Positions 11,960 to 24,103 of a stretch of 64,000 nucleotides of DNA are shown here, piece by piece (position 1 is the stretch's first letter; each line of letters starts with the position of its first letter). This DNA comes from Eledone cirrhosa. Lineage: Eukaryota. The stretch lies in assembly GCA_964016885.1 (NCBI GenBank), contig OZ024743.1, forward strand, positions 309,008,001-309,072,000, written 5' to 3'. The position numbers and the translations under genes were made by a program. The notes beneath the pieces were generated by a model. That model did no database searches and was not told where the DNA came from. It saw only the letters and a program-made list of their open reading frames with translations.

Positions 11960-12005
<46 letters not shown>

Positions 12006-12009
<4 letters not shown>

Positions 12010-12075
12010 GACCAAACGCACGTGGTAAGCAAATGCACAAAAAAACTAAATATATATATAAAAATATATATATAT

Positions 12076-12166
<91 letters not shown>

Positions 12167-12352
12167 TGTACATACACTCACACATATATATATACATATA
12201 CACACACACATATACACACACACATACGCATACATATAAATATACAAGCACACCCCATACATATAAACACAGCACAGACACAAAAGAGTATATACATACA
12301 AATACATATATACGCACACATAAATGCATACAACCACATACACACATATAGT
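12006..12352 (+). repeat. Second copy of the ATGACCAAACGCACGTGG CA/TA-rich repeat
   Basis: Matches 5495-5760. Confidence 0.75.
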
Positions 12353-12540
12353 ATTAAAAAAATCTAATCCTACGAGAATAAATCCAGGATGCAGTTGCAG
12401 AAAGCCGGATGAATGCCCATTACAGGGCAAATGTAACACCAAATCCGTTGTATATGAGGCCAAAGTAACACCTTTGATTAACAACCAGCCAGCCAGGAGT
12501 GAACGATATGTTGGTATGACTCAAGACAGGTTCATTATAA
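12353..12540 (+). pseudogene. Penelope-like (Naiad-type) linker/GIY-YIG fragment
   Basis: GCSCRKPDECPLQGKC..VVYEAKV..RYVGMT is homologous to the CNC..CPL..C..IIY..YIG region of the large PLEs. Confidence 0.8.
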
Positions 12541-12798
12541 TAAGGGCTTTATTATAATAAGGGTCAGCTTTATTAAAAATGTCTAGAGAAGAAGATAAAG
12601 TAGAAATCCTACGACTAATATTGGGAATAAGATTTTTAAAAATTATAGGGGGATGGTAAGACTCTTTGTGTATATATCTTAGATTCTCGTTAGGTTTATG
12701 ATAATGTTTAAAAGAGGCAGTAAATAGATCAAGATTAATGTCAAGAAAGTTAGCATTAGTAAGGTTCGTATCTATAGCAATTTTAAGGTTAAGATTAG

Positions 12799-12802
<4 letters not shown>
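12540..12802 (-). pseudogene. Penelope-like RT thumb fragment, inverted relative to the preceding fragment
   Basis: Manual translation of the reverse strand: ANFLDINLDL..YHKPNENLRYIHKESYHPP..ISRRISTLSS..YYNKAL. Confidence 0.8.
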
Positions 12803-12872
<70 letters not shown>

Positions 12873-12901
12873 CTAATCTTAACCTTAAAAGCATTGGATA
12901 T

Positions 12902-12944
12902 GTAATCCTGAAGATTTATAATAAGAATGAAACGCGTAGGTTAC
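12902..12944 (+). ncRNA. Minimal type I hammerhead ribozyme motif
   Basis: GTAATC-CTGAAGA-(weak stem II)-GAAAC-GC-GTA-GGTTAC; palindromic stem III ACGCGT. Confidence 0.65.
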
Positions 12945-13068
12945 TTCCCTTGCTTTTATCGAGAATCTCAAATTGTAATACGTGACGTATTCTATCCTAT
13001 AGCGATTAGGTCTTCAAAATGTTTATTATAAACATACAGAATATTTTCGAATATTCTATGTTTGTCTT

Positions 13069-13165
<97 letters not shown>

Positions 13166-13168
13166 GTA

Positions 13169-13248
<80 letters not shown>

Positions 13249-13269
13249 TAAATTTGAAAATAAATTTTT

Positions 13270-13281
13270 ATGTATTTCTTT

Positions 13282-13328
<47 letters not shown>

Positions 13329-13426
13329 ATGTGTGTGTATGTATTTATGTGTGTATATATATATATGTGTGTGTATGTGTGTGCGTGTATATATATATAT
13401 ATATATGTGTGTGTGTATGTGTGTAG

Positions 13427-13476
<50 letters not shown>

Positions 13477-13486
13477 TTACATATAT

Positions 13487-13550
<64 letters not shown>

Positions 13551-13900
13551 GCGTGCGTGTGTACGTACTTATGCGTATGGTTGTAACTTTATAGTTTTTT
13601 ATATTTATGTTTTTATCTTTAAGAAATTTTTATACTATATGTGTGTATGTGGTTGTATGCATTTATGTGTGCGTGTATATGTATTTGTATGTATATACTC
13701 TTTTGTGTGTGTGTCTGTGCTGTGTTTATATGTATGGGGTGTGCTTATATATTTATATGTATGCGTATGTGTGTGTGTATATGTATATATATGTGTGTGT
13801 GTATGTACACATATATGTGTGTGTATATATATATATTTTTATATATATATATATTTAGTTTTTTTTGTGCATTTGCTTACCACGTGCGTTTGGTCATTTA
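13270..13900 (-). repeat. Third (inverted) copy of the ATGACCAAACGCACGTGG CA/TA-rich repeat
   Basis: Reverse complement of 5495-6060. Confidence 0.75.
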
Positions 13901-14118
13901 TTATTATTATTATTGGTCTAATCGGACGTATTTTGCTCGCTCCCAGTAAGTCGCTTTATTTGCCTGTTAAAATTATTTGTTGTTAAATATTTCTTGTTGT
14001 GTAAGGGATATAAGGCCTTAGACTTTGCCCTGTGAAGGGGAAAGTATAATATTTGGGCCTTTTGGCCCAAATATTTGAACTTTTTTTACATTTTAATAAG
14101 TTTACGGAGAAAAAAAAC

Positions 14119-16095
14119 ATGGCTGAGCCACGCCCCCAGCGATATGTCGGCTGTCGTGCCACAACGACGTAGAAGTTGAGAGGAGCGCTACAGCGAAATT
14201 AACACAAATTGATAATACAAACACCACCACAAACAATGTAAACAAAGACACCAATGATACTAATGAGAACTCTAATTTTGAAAAAAAATGACAGTAACAG
14301 CGACAACGAAAATACAGATAACAAAAAAAAATGACAAATGCAACAACAATATCAACACCACTAACATGAAAACAAATAGCGACAACACCAAGAGCAACAA
14401 TACCAACTGCACCGAGAACAACGGTGGCAACAAAGACAACAATGACAACAGCGACAGTGATAACAACAACACCAACAAGAACAACGACAACGACAACAAC
14501 ACCCCCACCGAAAACAAGAAGAACACTTTCGCTGCGGCAGCAGCAAAAAAAGGCCATGCTTCAAGATGGACCTCTCAAACAAAGATGAAAAGTTGGCCTA
14601 GGCATGGAAGCTCATCAAGCAAGAGCAAACCTGGGCCAACTTAACTGTCTCGGTAGAAGCTATTGACGTAGTGGAGCGCAGAACGGTGCATTATAGATGC
14701 ATCTCAGCACAAACCAAAAAGGCAGCTTTAATCCCACAAGCAGATGTCGAAGTCGCGCTGAGGTGCATCAGAGAAGACACCGAATACATAGAGACGGGCA
14801 GACAGTACGGCACCATTTCGGTGTTGTTCAAGTCAGAAGCCCTCCTATGAAACACGCTATGACTCCTTGCAAAACCAGCAAGGTTATAATGTACCCCTCC
14901 CACATGGGAAAAAGAACGGCCCGTCTCCGCATTCCCAGAATCCCACCAGGACTTGACATGTGGTGGCTTCTGGGATGTGTGATTGTGGAGGGGACGGATA
15001 CCGTCCCTATAGAAGTGACCAGAACGGCCAGAGAGGACTAGTCCGGCATTGACCTAGAGATCCTTCTCCAGATCAGGCCCGAGAATGTGAAGACAATCCC
15101 GGACCACATCCGCCTTCAGAATGGGACGGTCATTCACATTATGACCGAAGGCAAAAGGCCGCAGTGTTTTGTTTGTGGGGAAAAACCCATTTGCGAGCCT
15201 TCTGCTCTCAACTGCTAAAAGAGGCAAGGGGTCGAAAGGCTCGACTGCTGCCGACGCCGGGGCGAGGACCACAACCAACACCAGCACCGGCAAAACCACC
15301 AACAACAACACCAATAGAAAGACCACCACCAACATTGACCACCCAGGGGGAAAACGAGGAAAGCTCTCAAATTCCCCCTCTCCCCCCAAATACACCCACC
15401 AATAAAACCATAAACATATATACAGACACACTTACAGACACAGACCCCTCATCTACCAGTAGTGAAGATGAGGGAAAACCAAAATCCCCCAAAATACAAA
15501 AAAGGAAACACAAAAAGAAAAAAAAACTCAACAAAGTTCAAAAGCACCCACAATAAAAAACGCAGACACCACCCACGCAAACATCTCTCCAATAACACCA
15601 ACATCAACACCACCATCTCCATCACCAGAATCCCCCAAACGCAAACAACCTAAACAGACGCAAGAACAAATATACACACAAACATCTGAAACCTCAGACA
15701 AACTCACAACAAACACAGATACAACCGAAACAACACCACCAAAACCATCACTACCACAGCCACGCAAACAAATAAAATCACACCAACAAAACATACAAAA
15801 CTTCGTGCTCGTCAGGAGGGCCAACAAGGAACTGATGGCCCTCGTAGCACAAAGTGAAAATATACAAAAAGACGGGGAAATTTTTAAATCGAGCACATTT
15901 CGCGTGCCGGAAGATTTGGTTCTGGTGCGAATGTCGATCGATTTATACAAGGAAATACGAGACAGCTTTCTTCGGGACGTGGGAACCCTGAACGCAAAAC
16001 CCACTTCAAGACTTTTAAAGGGGTTCCCAAAAGAAACCCCACCAACTATGGTGGTCGAACAACCCGACCTTCACAAGAGCCCGGAAGGTAAGTAA
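14119..16095 (+). pseudogene. Tx1-type ORF1, multiply frameshifted
   Basis: Asn/Thr-rich N-terminus, TFAAAA, RIPRIPPGLDMWWLL, EGKRPQCFVCG; ends just before the ORF2 ATG. Confidence 0.7.
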
Positions 16096-16127
16096 AACTT
16101 TCCTCTCTCTCTTTTTAACCTGCCAAC

Positions 16128-19100
16128 ATGGCCGTATTAAGAGTAGGATGTTTAAATGTTCGAGGCCTGGGATCGTCCTGGAAGCAGGGTCACCTGCTCA
16201 ACGACCTCAGGTCTCTAGAAATGGATGTAATTGCGGTCAGCGAGACCAGGATTTCGACGACTATCAGATCTTTGCTTCTGTTAGCCTGCCGGGAATGGGA
16301 GGCGGGGTGGCAGTGCTGTTTAGGAAAGGCCTCGATCTTGAGGTACCGTCAATATTCCGGGACCCAGACGGGAAATTGGTGGTCCTGGACGTGAACAATA
16401 ACGAAGGTGGTGCCTTTAGACTGGTGGCCGTCTATGCTTTTACTGGGGCAGGACGGCCGGACTTCTTTAGACGCCTGGAAGCCTTTCTGGGTACGTCTCA
16501 CCCTTTACTGTTAGCGGGGGACTGGAACGGCATCTTAGACGCACGCTGGGACTGTGTGGGAGTATCCGATAGGAGCGGGGGTGGGTGGTGGTGCAAAAAC
16601 CTCAAGAACCTGATCAGCCAGTTCCAACTGTCTGACACGTACCGACTAGATTTCCCTAATGCGCCAGTGTGGACCTGGGCTAACCGCATAGGGTCATCTA
16701 GATCGTATATAGACAGGATATTAATTAGGAAAATACACCGAAATAGTGTAAGCTGTCCACGTTTTGAAACGGTCGCCTATTCAGATCACAAGTTTGTGAT
16801 CTGTATGGTCGACCTAGATAAGACGCGTAGGTTAGGACCTGGTTACTGGAAGCTAAACATGTCATTTCCGGCACGTAAGGCTTACAGGGACCAGGTCAAC
16901 AATTTAGTTAAGAAAAAGTTGACAGGGGGAGTCGTCAACAATGGATGGTAGGGGGCTCACAAAAGAGAGATTAGAGTAATGTCGATAGAGTTTAGCAAAG
17001 AAGTAGCGTTAGATAAAAATAGAAAGGAGGGGGAGTTGGTAGATAAGTTAGACGAGGCTATTGGTAGTGGCATTGCAACTGACGTGCTAGCGGCAAGAAT
17101 GGCATTAGACCATTTCTTCAATGCGAAACACGATGGTTGCATTGTCAGAGCTAAGGCGCGTGCTCTGAGAAACGAGGGAACCAAAGCTGTTCGATGTGCC
17201 CGCGTGGCAGAGGCGCAGCGTGGTAATAAAACCACGATTCGGTCTTTGACCGACCGAGACGGACACGAGCTGAGCCATTCCAAGCGGATGTGTGAGGCCT
17301 TTCGCCAACATTTTGCTCGGTTGTTCGGGGGAAGTGGCGGGTCAGAGATGGTGGCGGACTTCAGTCCCTACCTCGATGGCTTGCCGCAACTCTCGACGGC
17401 TGACGCTGGGCGCTGCGAAAGGCCAATTACTTCAGCCGAGATTCAAGATGCCCTTGTCGGCTGCATGAGGCGCAAGTCACCCGGTTTGGATGGTCTTCCC
17501 TACGAGCTTTACGTAAATATGCCAGACTTGTTCTCCAATCTCCTCGAAGCCCTCTACTGCAACTGGCAGCAGAATGGGAGTATTCCCAGTTCTGCGAGCC
17601 TGGGCGTAGTGACGCTGATAAGGAAAGACGAGAACGAGAGGGACACATTAGACAATTTCAGGCCCATAATTTTGCTCAACAAAGAGTTTAAGATTTTGGC
17701 CAGGGTGTTAGCGAAGAGGTTGCCGCTTGTCGTCGGGGATTTGGTTGGGGAGGCGCAAATTTGCGCAATCCCAACCAGGTCAATACACGACAACCTCCAC
17801 CTAATGCGATACATCATAGAGAGGGTAGGGTGTAAACCTGGCTTCGGTGGGGCTCTGATCAATTTAGATCAATCGAAAGCATTCGATAGGGTCGACCATC
17901 GGTACCTGGAAGCTGTCCTCAAGGCGACTGGCTTCGACCCCGTCTTCAGAAGCTGGATCGCTGCAATGCACAGCAGCACCTGCTCGGTGGTCAAAATTAA
18001 TGGCCACCTCTCGGAACCGTTTCACGTCTCCGATCGGTCCGTCAAAGGTGCCCTCTCTCCTCCCTTCTGTACGTATTGACTCACGAGCCTTTACTGCGGA
18101 AGCTGGAGCTGTTGCAGGGCATCCCGCTCGAACCGGGACGCGGAAAGGCTGTGTCGGATTATGTGGACAACATCACCGTGATGGTGACGGACACCTCAGA
18201 AATCGAGGTGGTCGGCAACTTAATGGAGGAATATTAAAGGTTGACGGGAGCAAAACTTATCCCGGAAAAGTCGGTGGGTTTGCAACTCGGCACCTGGAGA
18301 GGAAAGGCCATGCCGTCCAACCGCGTCGTTAGGCGCTGGACGGACGGACCGGTAAGGTTGCTCGGAGTTTGGTTCGGGCCAGACCTCCAGGTGGATAAGA
18401 ACTGGGACGAGGTGACGGGCAGGGTAGCCAGTCTCACCCAGAAATGGGCTCGGATGAAGCTATCACTGAAAGGTCGGGCGGAGGTGGCGAACGTGTACAT
18501 CGCGTCCGTCATCTACTACCGTCTGGCCGTCGTCCCTTGCCCCGTTCGCGCCTCGCCATCTTGGAGCGGCTCCTCTTCAAATTCTTGTGGAGGGGTCAGG
18601 TTCCGCTGGTGAGGCGGTCCATCTGCTGCCAGCACGTGGAGGGCTGGGCATGCCGTGGCTAATGATGCGCAGGCACGTGCTGAGGCTGCGGCATCTCCAG
18701 ATATTCTGCCTAAACGGTGAACAGGTGTGGTCGCCGTTTCTGCAGCTCGTTTCTTTGACTGAGCTGCAGTCCTGAGTCAAGAAGAGACCGAGACTGGGTG
18801 ACTGGCATCTGGAATGTTGCCAGGCACTCACTGCCCTCTACCAGGCGGGAAATGCGGTCAGCGGAACTTCCACTCTCGAGTTCTATAGAGGATTAGTGGT
18901 GGGGAAGTGCGACGACGCACTCGGAGAGGCTCTGGGAGTCAACGAGGTCGAACTAACCAGTCTGTACCGGATGAAGTTTCGAGCCGGGGACGATGGATAA
19001 TTTCCAAAAATCCCTCGCTTGGCAGTGCTACTGGGGGGCACTGCCAGTTCGAGATAAACTCTACAGGCACGGAAGTGCTGCCCGAGATGCGCGCAGGGCG

Positions 19101-19501
19101 ACGAAGCTGTTCTGCACGCACTCGTCCAGTGTCCGTGCATTACTGACTTGTGGAGTTATGTTGAACAGCTGTTGTCGCGTGTAGAACGGATCCGGCTATC
19201 GGCCGAGTCCATAGTGAAGATCGACCCGCCGCCTTCTTTTGGCCAGGAAGGGCAGGTTATTTTCCTCTGTCTGGTGGCAGTAGCGAAAGATGTTGTATGG
19301 TGGACGAGGTTGAAAGGACTGAAGACAGACACTTTTCTCTTCGGCCAATCCCTCATCAACTTTTTCAAGTCTCACTTGGAAAGGAAGGTGAGGATGGAGA
19401 GAGAAGTGCTGCCCCCCCCCCCCAGTACATTTGCTGAAAGGTGGGTGAATGTGGCGAGAATGGCCCGTGTGAGTGGGCCTACTCTGGTCATGCGGCTGTA
19501 G
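16128..19501 (+). pseudogene. Tx1-type ORF2 APE-RT, frameshifted
   Basis: CLNVRGL, SETR, GDWN, YIDR, SDH, YWKLN, KSPGLDG, FRPIILLN, DQSKAFDRV, YVDN (decayed YADD), LLGVWF. Confidence 0.9.
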
Positions 19502-20062
19502 GTAAGTAAATTTGAAGAGGAGAGGGGTGCCCTTCCAGGGTGCTCTCGAAGCGTCGGCAGGACTGTTGGGGTACCTGAGCGAACCCTAGGTGGTCATCCC
19601 CCCTATTTGGGAATTTCTTCTTGTAATTTTATTGTTACGTTATTGTTACCTTGTTATTGTTACTTTGTTATTGTTATTCATATTGTTTACTCGATTTTTC
19701 TGTAAAACCCCACTCTCCCAGTCTTTTGTATTGTCCCCTATATGTCGGCCCTTGTGGCGAATAAATGAAATCATTATTATAATTTTTATTTAAAAATTTG
19801 CCCTCCTGTATCGCTGTCAACTTTATAATATTTTTATTTTTTTATTTTCTTAATCCTTATTTTTAATTTTCTTATTTGTATGTGACAGCCTACTATGATT
19901 ATTTATTTTTTATTTGTGTGTGTGTACATATGTATTCTTTTATATGTGAGTACGTATGCATGTGTGTATATATGTGTGTATGTATGTGTGTGTGTGTGTG
20001 TATGTATGTATGTGTATGTGTATATATATATGTATGTGTGTGCATGTATATATATATATGTG

Positions 20063-20102
<40 letters not shown>

Positions 20103-20107
<5 letters not shown>

Positions 20108-20743
20108 AAAAATGGGGAGAAGAATACTGCTGGTTGCACATGGATAACATGTAATAAAATAAGTCCCTCATCAGTGATTTGTCGACGATCATAGATATTT
20201 CATTGCATTAAAAATCATATACCTCACGTCGGTGCAATAATAACTAAATTAAGTTATTAGGACAATTAAAACGCGTAAAGCGAGTGAAACAAGATAACAA
20301 CAAAGAGGATAGCTAACCGTAGAAGGAAGGGATCAAGCTTCATAGTTATTCTGTTAGCATAAGCTAGGTGAATATATGAGCGCTTAGAAAAAAGACCTTT
20401 CAGGAGCGAATTCAAATGTGAGGAAGAGAGAAAATGATTTCGTCGCGAACGGGGTGAAGTGAGAAGAGGAGAAACAGTGAGTGAGTGGAAATGTGAGGAA
20501 GAGTTAACTGGCATGACAGAGAGGGCGAAAGAGAGTAGGAGAAACAGAGAGAGCGAGGGAGCAGTAAGAGAGAGAGAGAGAGAGAAAAAAACAGAATCGC
20601 AGTTTAGGTAAATATATGTGAAAAAATGGGGAGAAGAATACTGCTGGCTGCACATGGACAACATGTAATAAAATAAGTCCCTCATCAGTGATTTGCCGAC
20701 GATCATAGATATTTCATTGCATTAAAAATCATATACCTCACGT
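20103..20743. repeat. 127-bp direct repeats (20103-20229, 20617-20743) bracketing ~390 bp, embedded in (TA)n
   Basis: TGTGAAAAAATGGGGAGAAG...ATACCTCACGT occurs twice with few mismatches. Confidence 0.85.
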
Positions 20744-21073
20744 ATATATATAAATGAAAGGTATAGAAAGTATTGTAGCAAGAAGCCAACAGTATTCCAT
20801 AATATATAAGTGACTATAGCGTCAAAATGGGAAAATAGTTAACGTAAGATGTGGGAAAAATAATTCAAACTCAATTCAAAAAGAATCAGGATATAGATTT
20901 ATCCAACAGAATTTGGTGAAATCCAGGGAAAAATCAATAGAGCCTTAACTGATGATAAAATAATGTTTAAAATACTCACCCCTCAATTTGGGACAACTAC
21001 AAATGCTCTGTATAGTCTTGAAAAAGACTATTTCACGTAAACTTTCAGTGGAGTTGGTCACGGTTGGAATACG

Positions 21074-21111
<38 letters not shown>

Positions 21112-21124
21112 TGTGTATATGCAT

Positions 21125-21176
<52 letters not shown>

Positions 21177-21420
21177 ATGTGTGTGTATATGTGTCTCTGT
21201 GTATATATATATGTGTATATATGCGTGTATATATGTATATATATATGTATATATGTGTGTATATGTGAGTGTGTGTGCGTGTGTGCGTGTGTGTGTGTAC
21301 GTGTGTGTTGTTATATATTCTTATTTATTATTCCCCCCCCCCCCCTTTTTTTTCCTCCAGCCTCACTTTCATATCTGTTATATTTTTGTTTTTCAAATAT
21401 CAATAAAGACACCAGGATTT

Positions 21421-21476
21421 TTTCATTCTGATGAAAGCAATTTTGGTTGCTTTCAAGAAACCACTGGTAAATGAAA
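21421..21476 (+). ncRNA. Type I hammerhead ribozyme motif
   Basis: TTTCATT-CTGATGA-AAGCAA(ttttgg)TTGCTT-tcaa-GAAAC-CACTG-GTA-AATGAAA; 7-bp stem I. Confidence 0.7.
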
Positions 21477-21873
21477 TAATTATCTTATGTTGTTTATTAC
21501 ATAACTAAATATTTATATATATATATAATAATAGGGTATAAGTATTGTAGGAGAAGAGGAAACAGAGAGATACAGAGAAGTGCGATACAGATTACCAAAT
21601 GCCAATAGCCGAAGCGGAGAGTGCTCAATGCTTGGGTTGGCAGAGTTAAATATTAGAGAAGATTTAATATTCAGTATATTGTTGAAGTAGAGCAGGAATA
21701 AGCAAATGAATGAATGAAGGAGTTACAATCCTTTGCCTCCCCTAATGGATTATACCCCTTTCACCGGCGCCATTATTATTATTTTTTCGCCTCCCATGCA
21801 AGGAGACGTTAACCTGAAGGAATGATTCTCAACGGTATTTATACTTATTGATGACATTATATAATCAATTATT

Positions 21874-21910
21874 TCTCTGAGGAGTCCGTGTGGGCGAAAC
21901 ATATGTAAGA
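21874..21910 (+). ncRNA. Minimal type I hammerhead ribozyme motif
   Basis: TCT-CTGAGGA-GTCC(gtgt)GGGC-GAAAC-ATAT-GTA-AGA; palindromic stem III ACATATGT. Confidence 0.8.
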
Positions 21911-21958
21911 TAACATATAAAGAACTTGTTCTAACGGATTGTAGCTCCTTCATTCATT

Positions 21959-22000
<42 letters not shown>

Positions 22001-22149
22001 CATATGTCCTTCTCGACGTCTGAAGTTCTGTCTTTCATTTGTATTTTTATTTTCAAAAACAAATTTTAAGGTTTTCCCTTACAATTTTATTTTATTTTCG
22101 TTTTGCCTCATTTTCGTTCGTTTTCATTTCTTTGTTAATATACCTAAGT

Positions 22150-22235
<86 letters not shown>

Positions 22236-22258
22236 CTTGTGCCTAAATCAAAAAGAAT

Positions 22259-22382
<124 letters not shown>

Positions 22383-22600
22383 TATATTTTGAGAATAAAC
22401 TCTCAGTCGTTTACAATAATTAAGCTCCAGGAAGGGTCTCTTCCGAGCAGTTAATACATTTAAAGTGTACGATAAACACGAAATGTGTTTACATTGCAAC
22501 AGACAAAGTTAGCCATTAATGAAATAAACTAATAAAAGTGAATACAATTTGTCTGTCTCGATATAAGTCAATAAAGACAATATTATATTGGCAAAAGCCA

Positions 22601-22686
<86 letters not shown>

Positions 22687-23028
22687 GGTTTTGATTTAGG
22701 CGCGCGTGGACGTGTGAACTACCAAACCCAGTAGTAATTCATCGAAGTGTGGCAGAAAGGGACAGCTGATGGTCAGTCAAATGACACCTGTTGGTCAGAG
22801 TTACGATGACGTAGAAAAATAGCAGCCAATAACAGGACGCGCGAAGAGGATGTTTTTGACGCTAAAACCCCAGTGAGAAAATTTGCTCCGAAATCATTAG
22901 ACGTGTCCGTCGAATCTGCGGATCCAGAATCAGACAGATCCAGACAATGATCGTGTCTCGAGCTGTCCACCGGCGAAACAATTGCAACACAATGATTTGA
23001 GTTCAGATGCATCACTGATTATTCGTTT

Positions 23029-23073
<45 letters not shown>

Positions 23074-23093
23074 GGTGTGACACACGAGTTGTG

Positions 23094-23478
23094 ATATATT
23101 AGTAAAAAGGAAAAGAAAATGCTGACAAATTTTTCCCAGTGAAAAATAGTTTAATTAGGAATAAATATAAATTAGTAATAAGTATTGGTTAGTATTCAGT
23201 TTTAGTTTTAAGTTTTTACCGGTTGCGCATTTCTAATGATTTTCAAAAATAATTTTGAGATAGAGCGCTCGTGATGTTTGCTCTACTCTGGATTAGAGCA
23301 AACATCACGAGCGCTCTATCTCAAAATTATTTTTGAAAAGCATTAGAAATGCGCAACCGGTAAAAACTTAAAACTAAAACTGAATAATAACCAATACTTA
23401 TTACTAATTTATATTTATTCCTAATTAAACTATTTTTCACTGGGAAAAATTTGTCAGCATTTCTTTTCCTTTTTACTA

Positions 23479-23486
<8 letters not shown>
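23094..23486. repeat. Near-perfect ~390-bp palindrome (about 190-bp arms, 8-nt spacer 23286-23293)
   Basis: Arms are reverse complements (..GATGTTTGCTCTA / TAGAGCAAACATC..); flanked by (TA)n. Confidence 0.92.
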
Positions 23487-23510
<24 letters not shown>

Positions 23511-23581
23511 GATATATATATATGATATATATATATATATGATATATATATATATATATATATGATATATATATATATATA

Positions 23582-23655
<74 letters not shown>

Positions 23656-23678
23656 ATATATATATATATATATATATA

Positions 23679-23715
<37 letters not shown>

Positions 23716-23728
23716 ATATACATATATA

Positions 23729-23783
<55 letters not shown>

Positions 23784-24054
23784 ATAAATATATATATATA
23801 TATATATGATATAAATATATATATATGATATATATATATATATATATAGTATTAAGGATACTATTTATGGTTATGTATGTAATAAAACCTTTAATGGTAA
23901 TATATTATTTATACAAACCTTAAATAGTGAAAGATAGTCATAAATTACTATCCTATTACCAGTAAGATAAATAGCTCAATGTAATAACATTAGTTGTTTT
24001 ACAGAGCAGTTATATAGAGATTACAATAATCAAAGTTCAGTTTAAGTCATTTAT

Positions 24055-24103
24055 TTGCTTACAATTGTTTCCTCCAAACCGAGGTTTGGATTCTTCGGCG
24101 CAA
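24055..24103 (-). ncRNA. pLTR hammerhead ribozyme (CCGAAGA core variant)
   Basis: Reverse strand: TTGCG-CCGAAGA-A-TCCAAAC(ctcg)GTTTGGA-G-GAAAC-AATT-GTA-AGCAA. Confidence 0.7.

Larger units (their letters stand above)
13915..19772 (+). mobile_element. Tx1/L1-clade non-LTR retrotransposon copy 2 (near full length, degenerate)
   Basis: 5' UTR, ORF1, ORF2 (APE + RT + C-terminal region), 3' UTR ending GAATAAATGAAATC then ATTATTAT. Preceded by (TTA)n. Confidence 0.92.

Noticed and set aside
22952-22990. GTGT..GAAACAATTGCAACAC hammerhead-like segment
   Set aside because: No CUGANGA, and the cleavage triplet would be GCA; not supportable.
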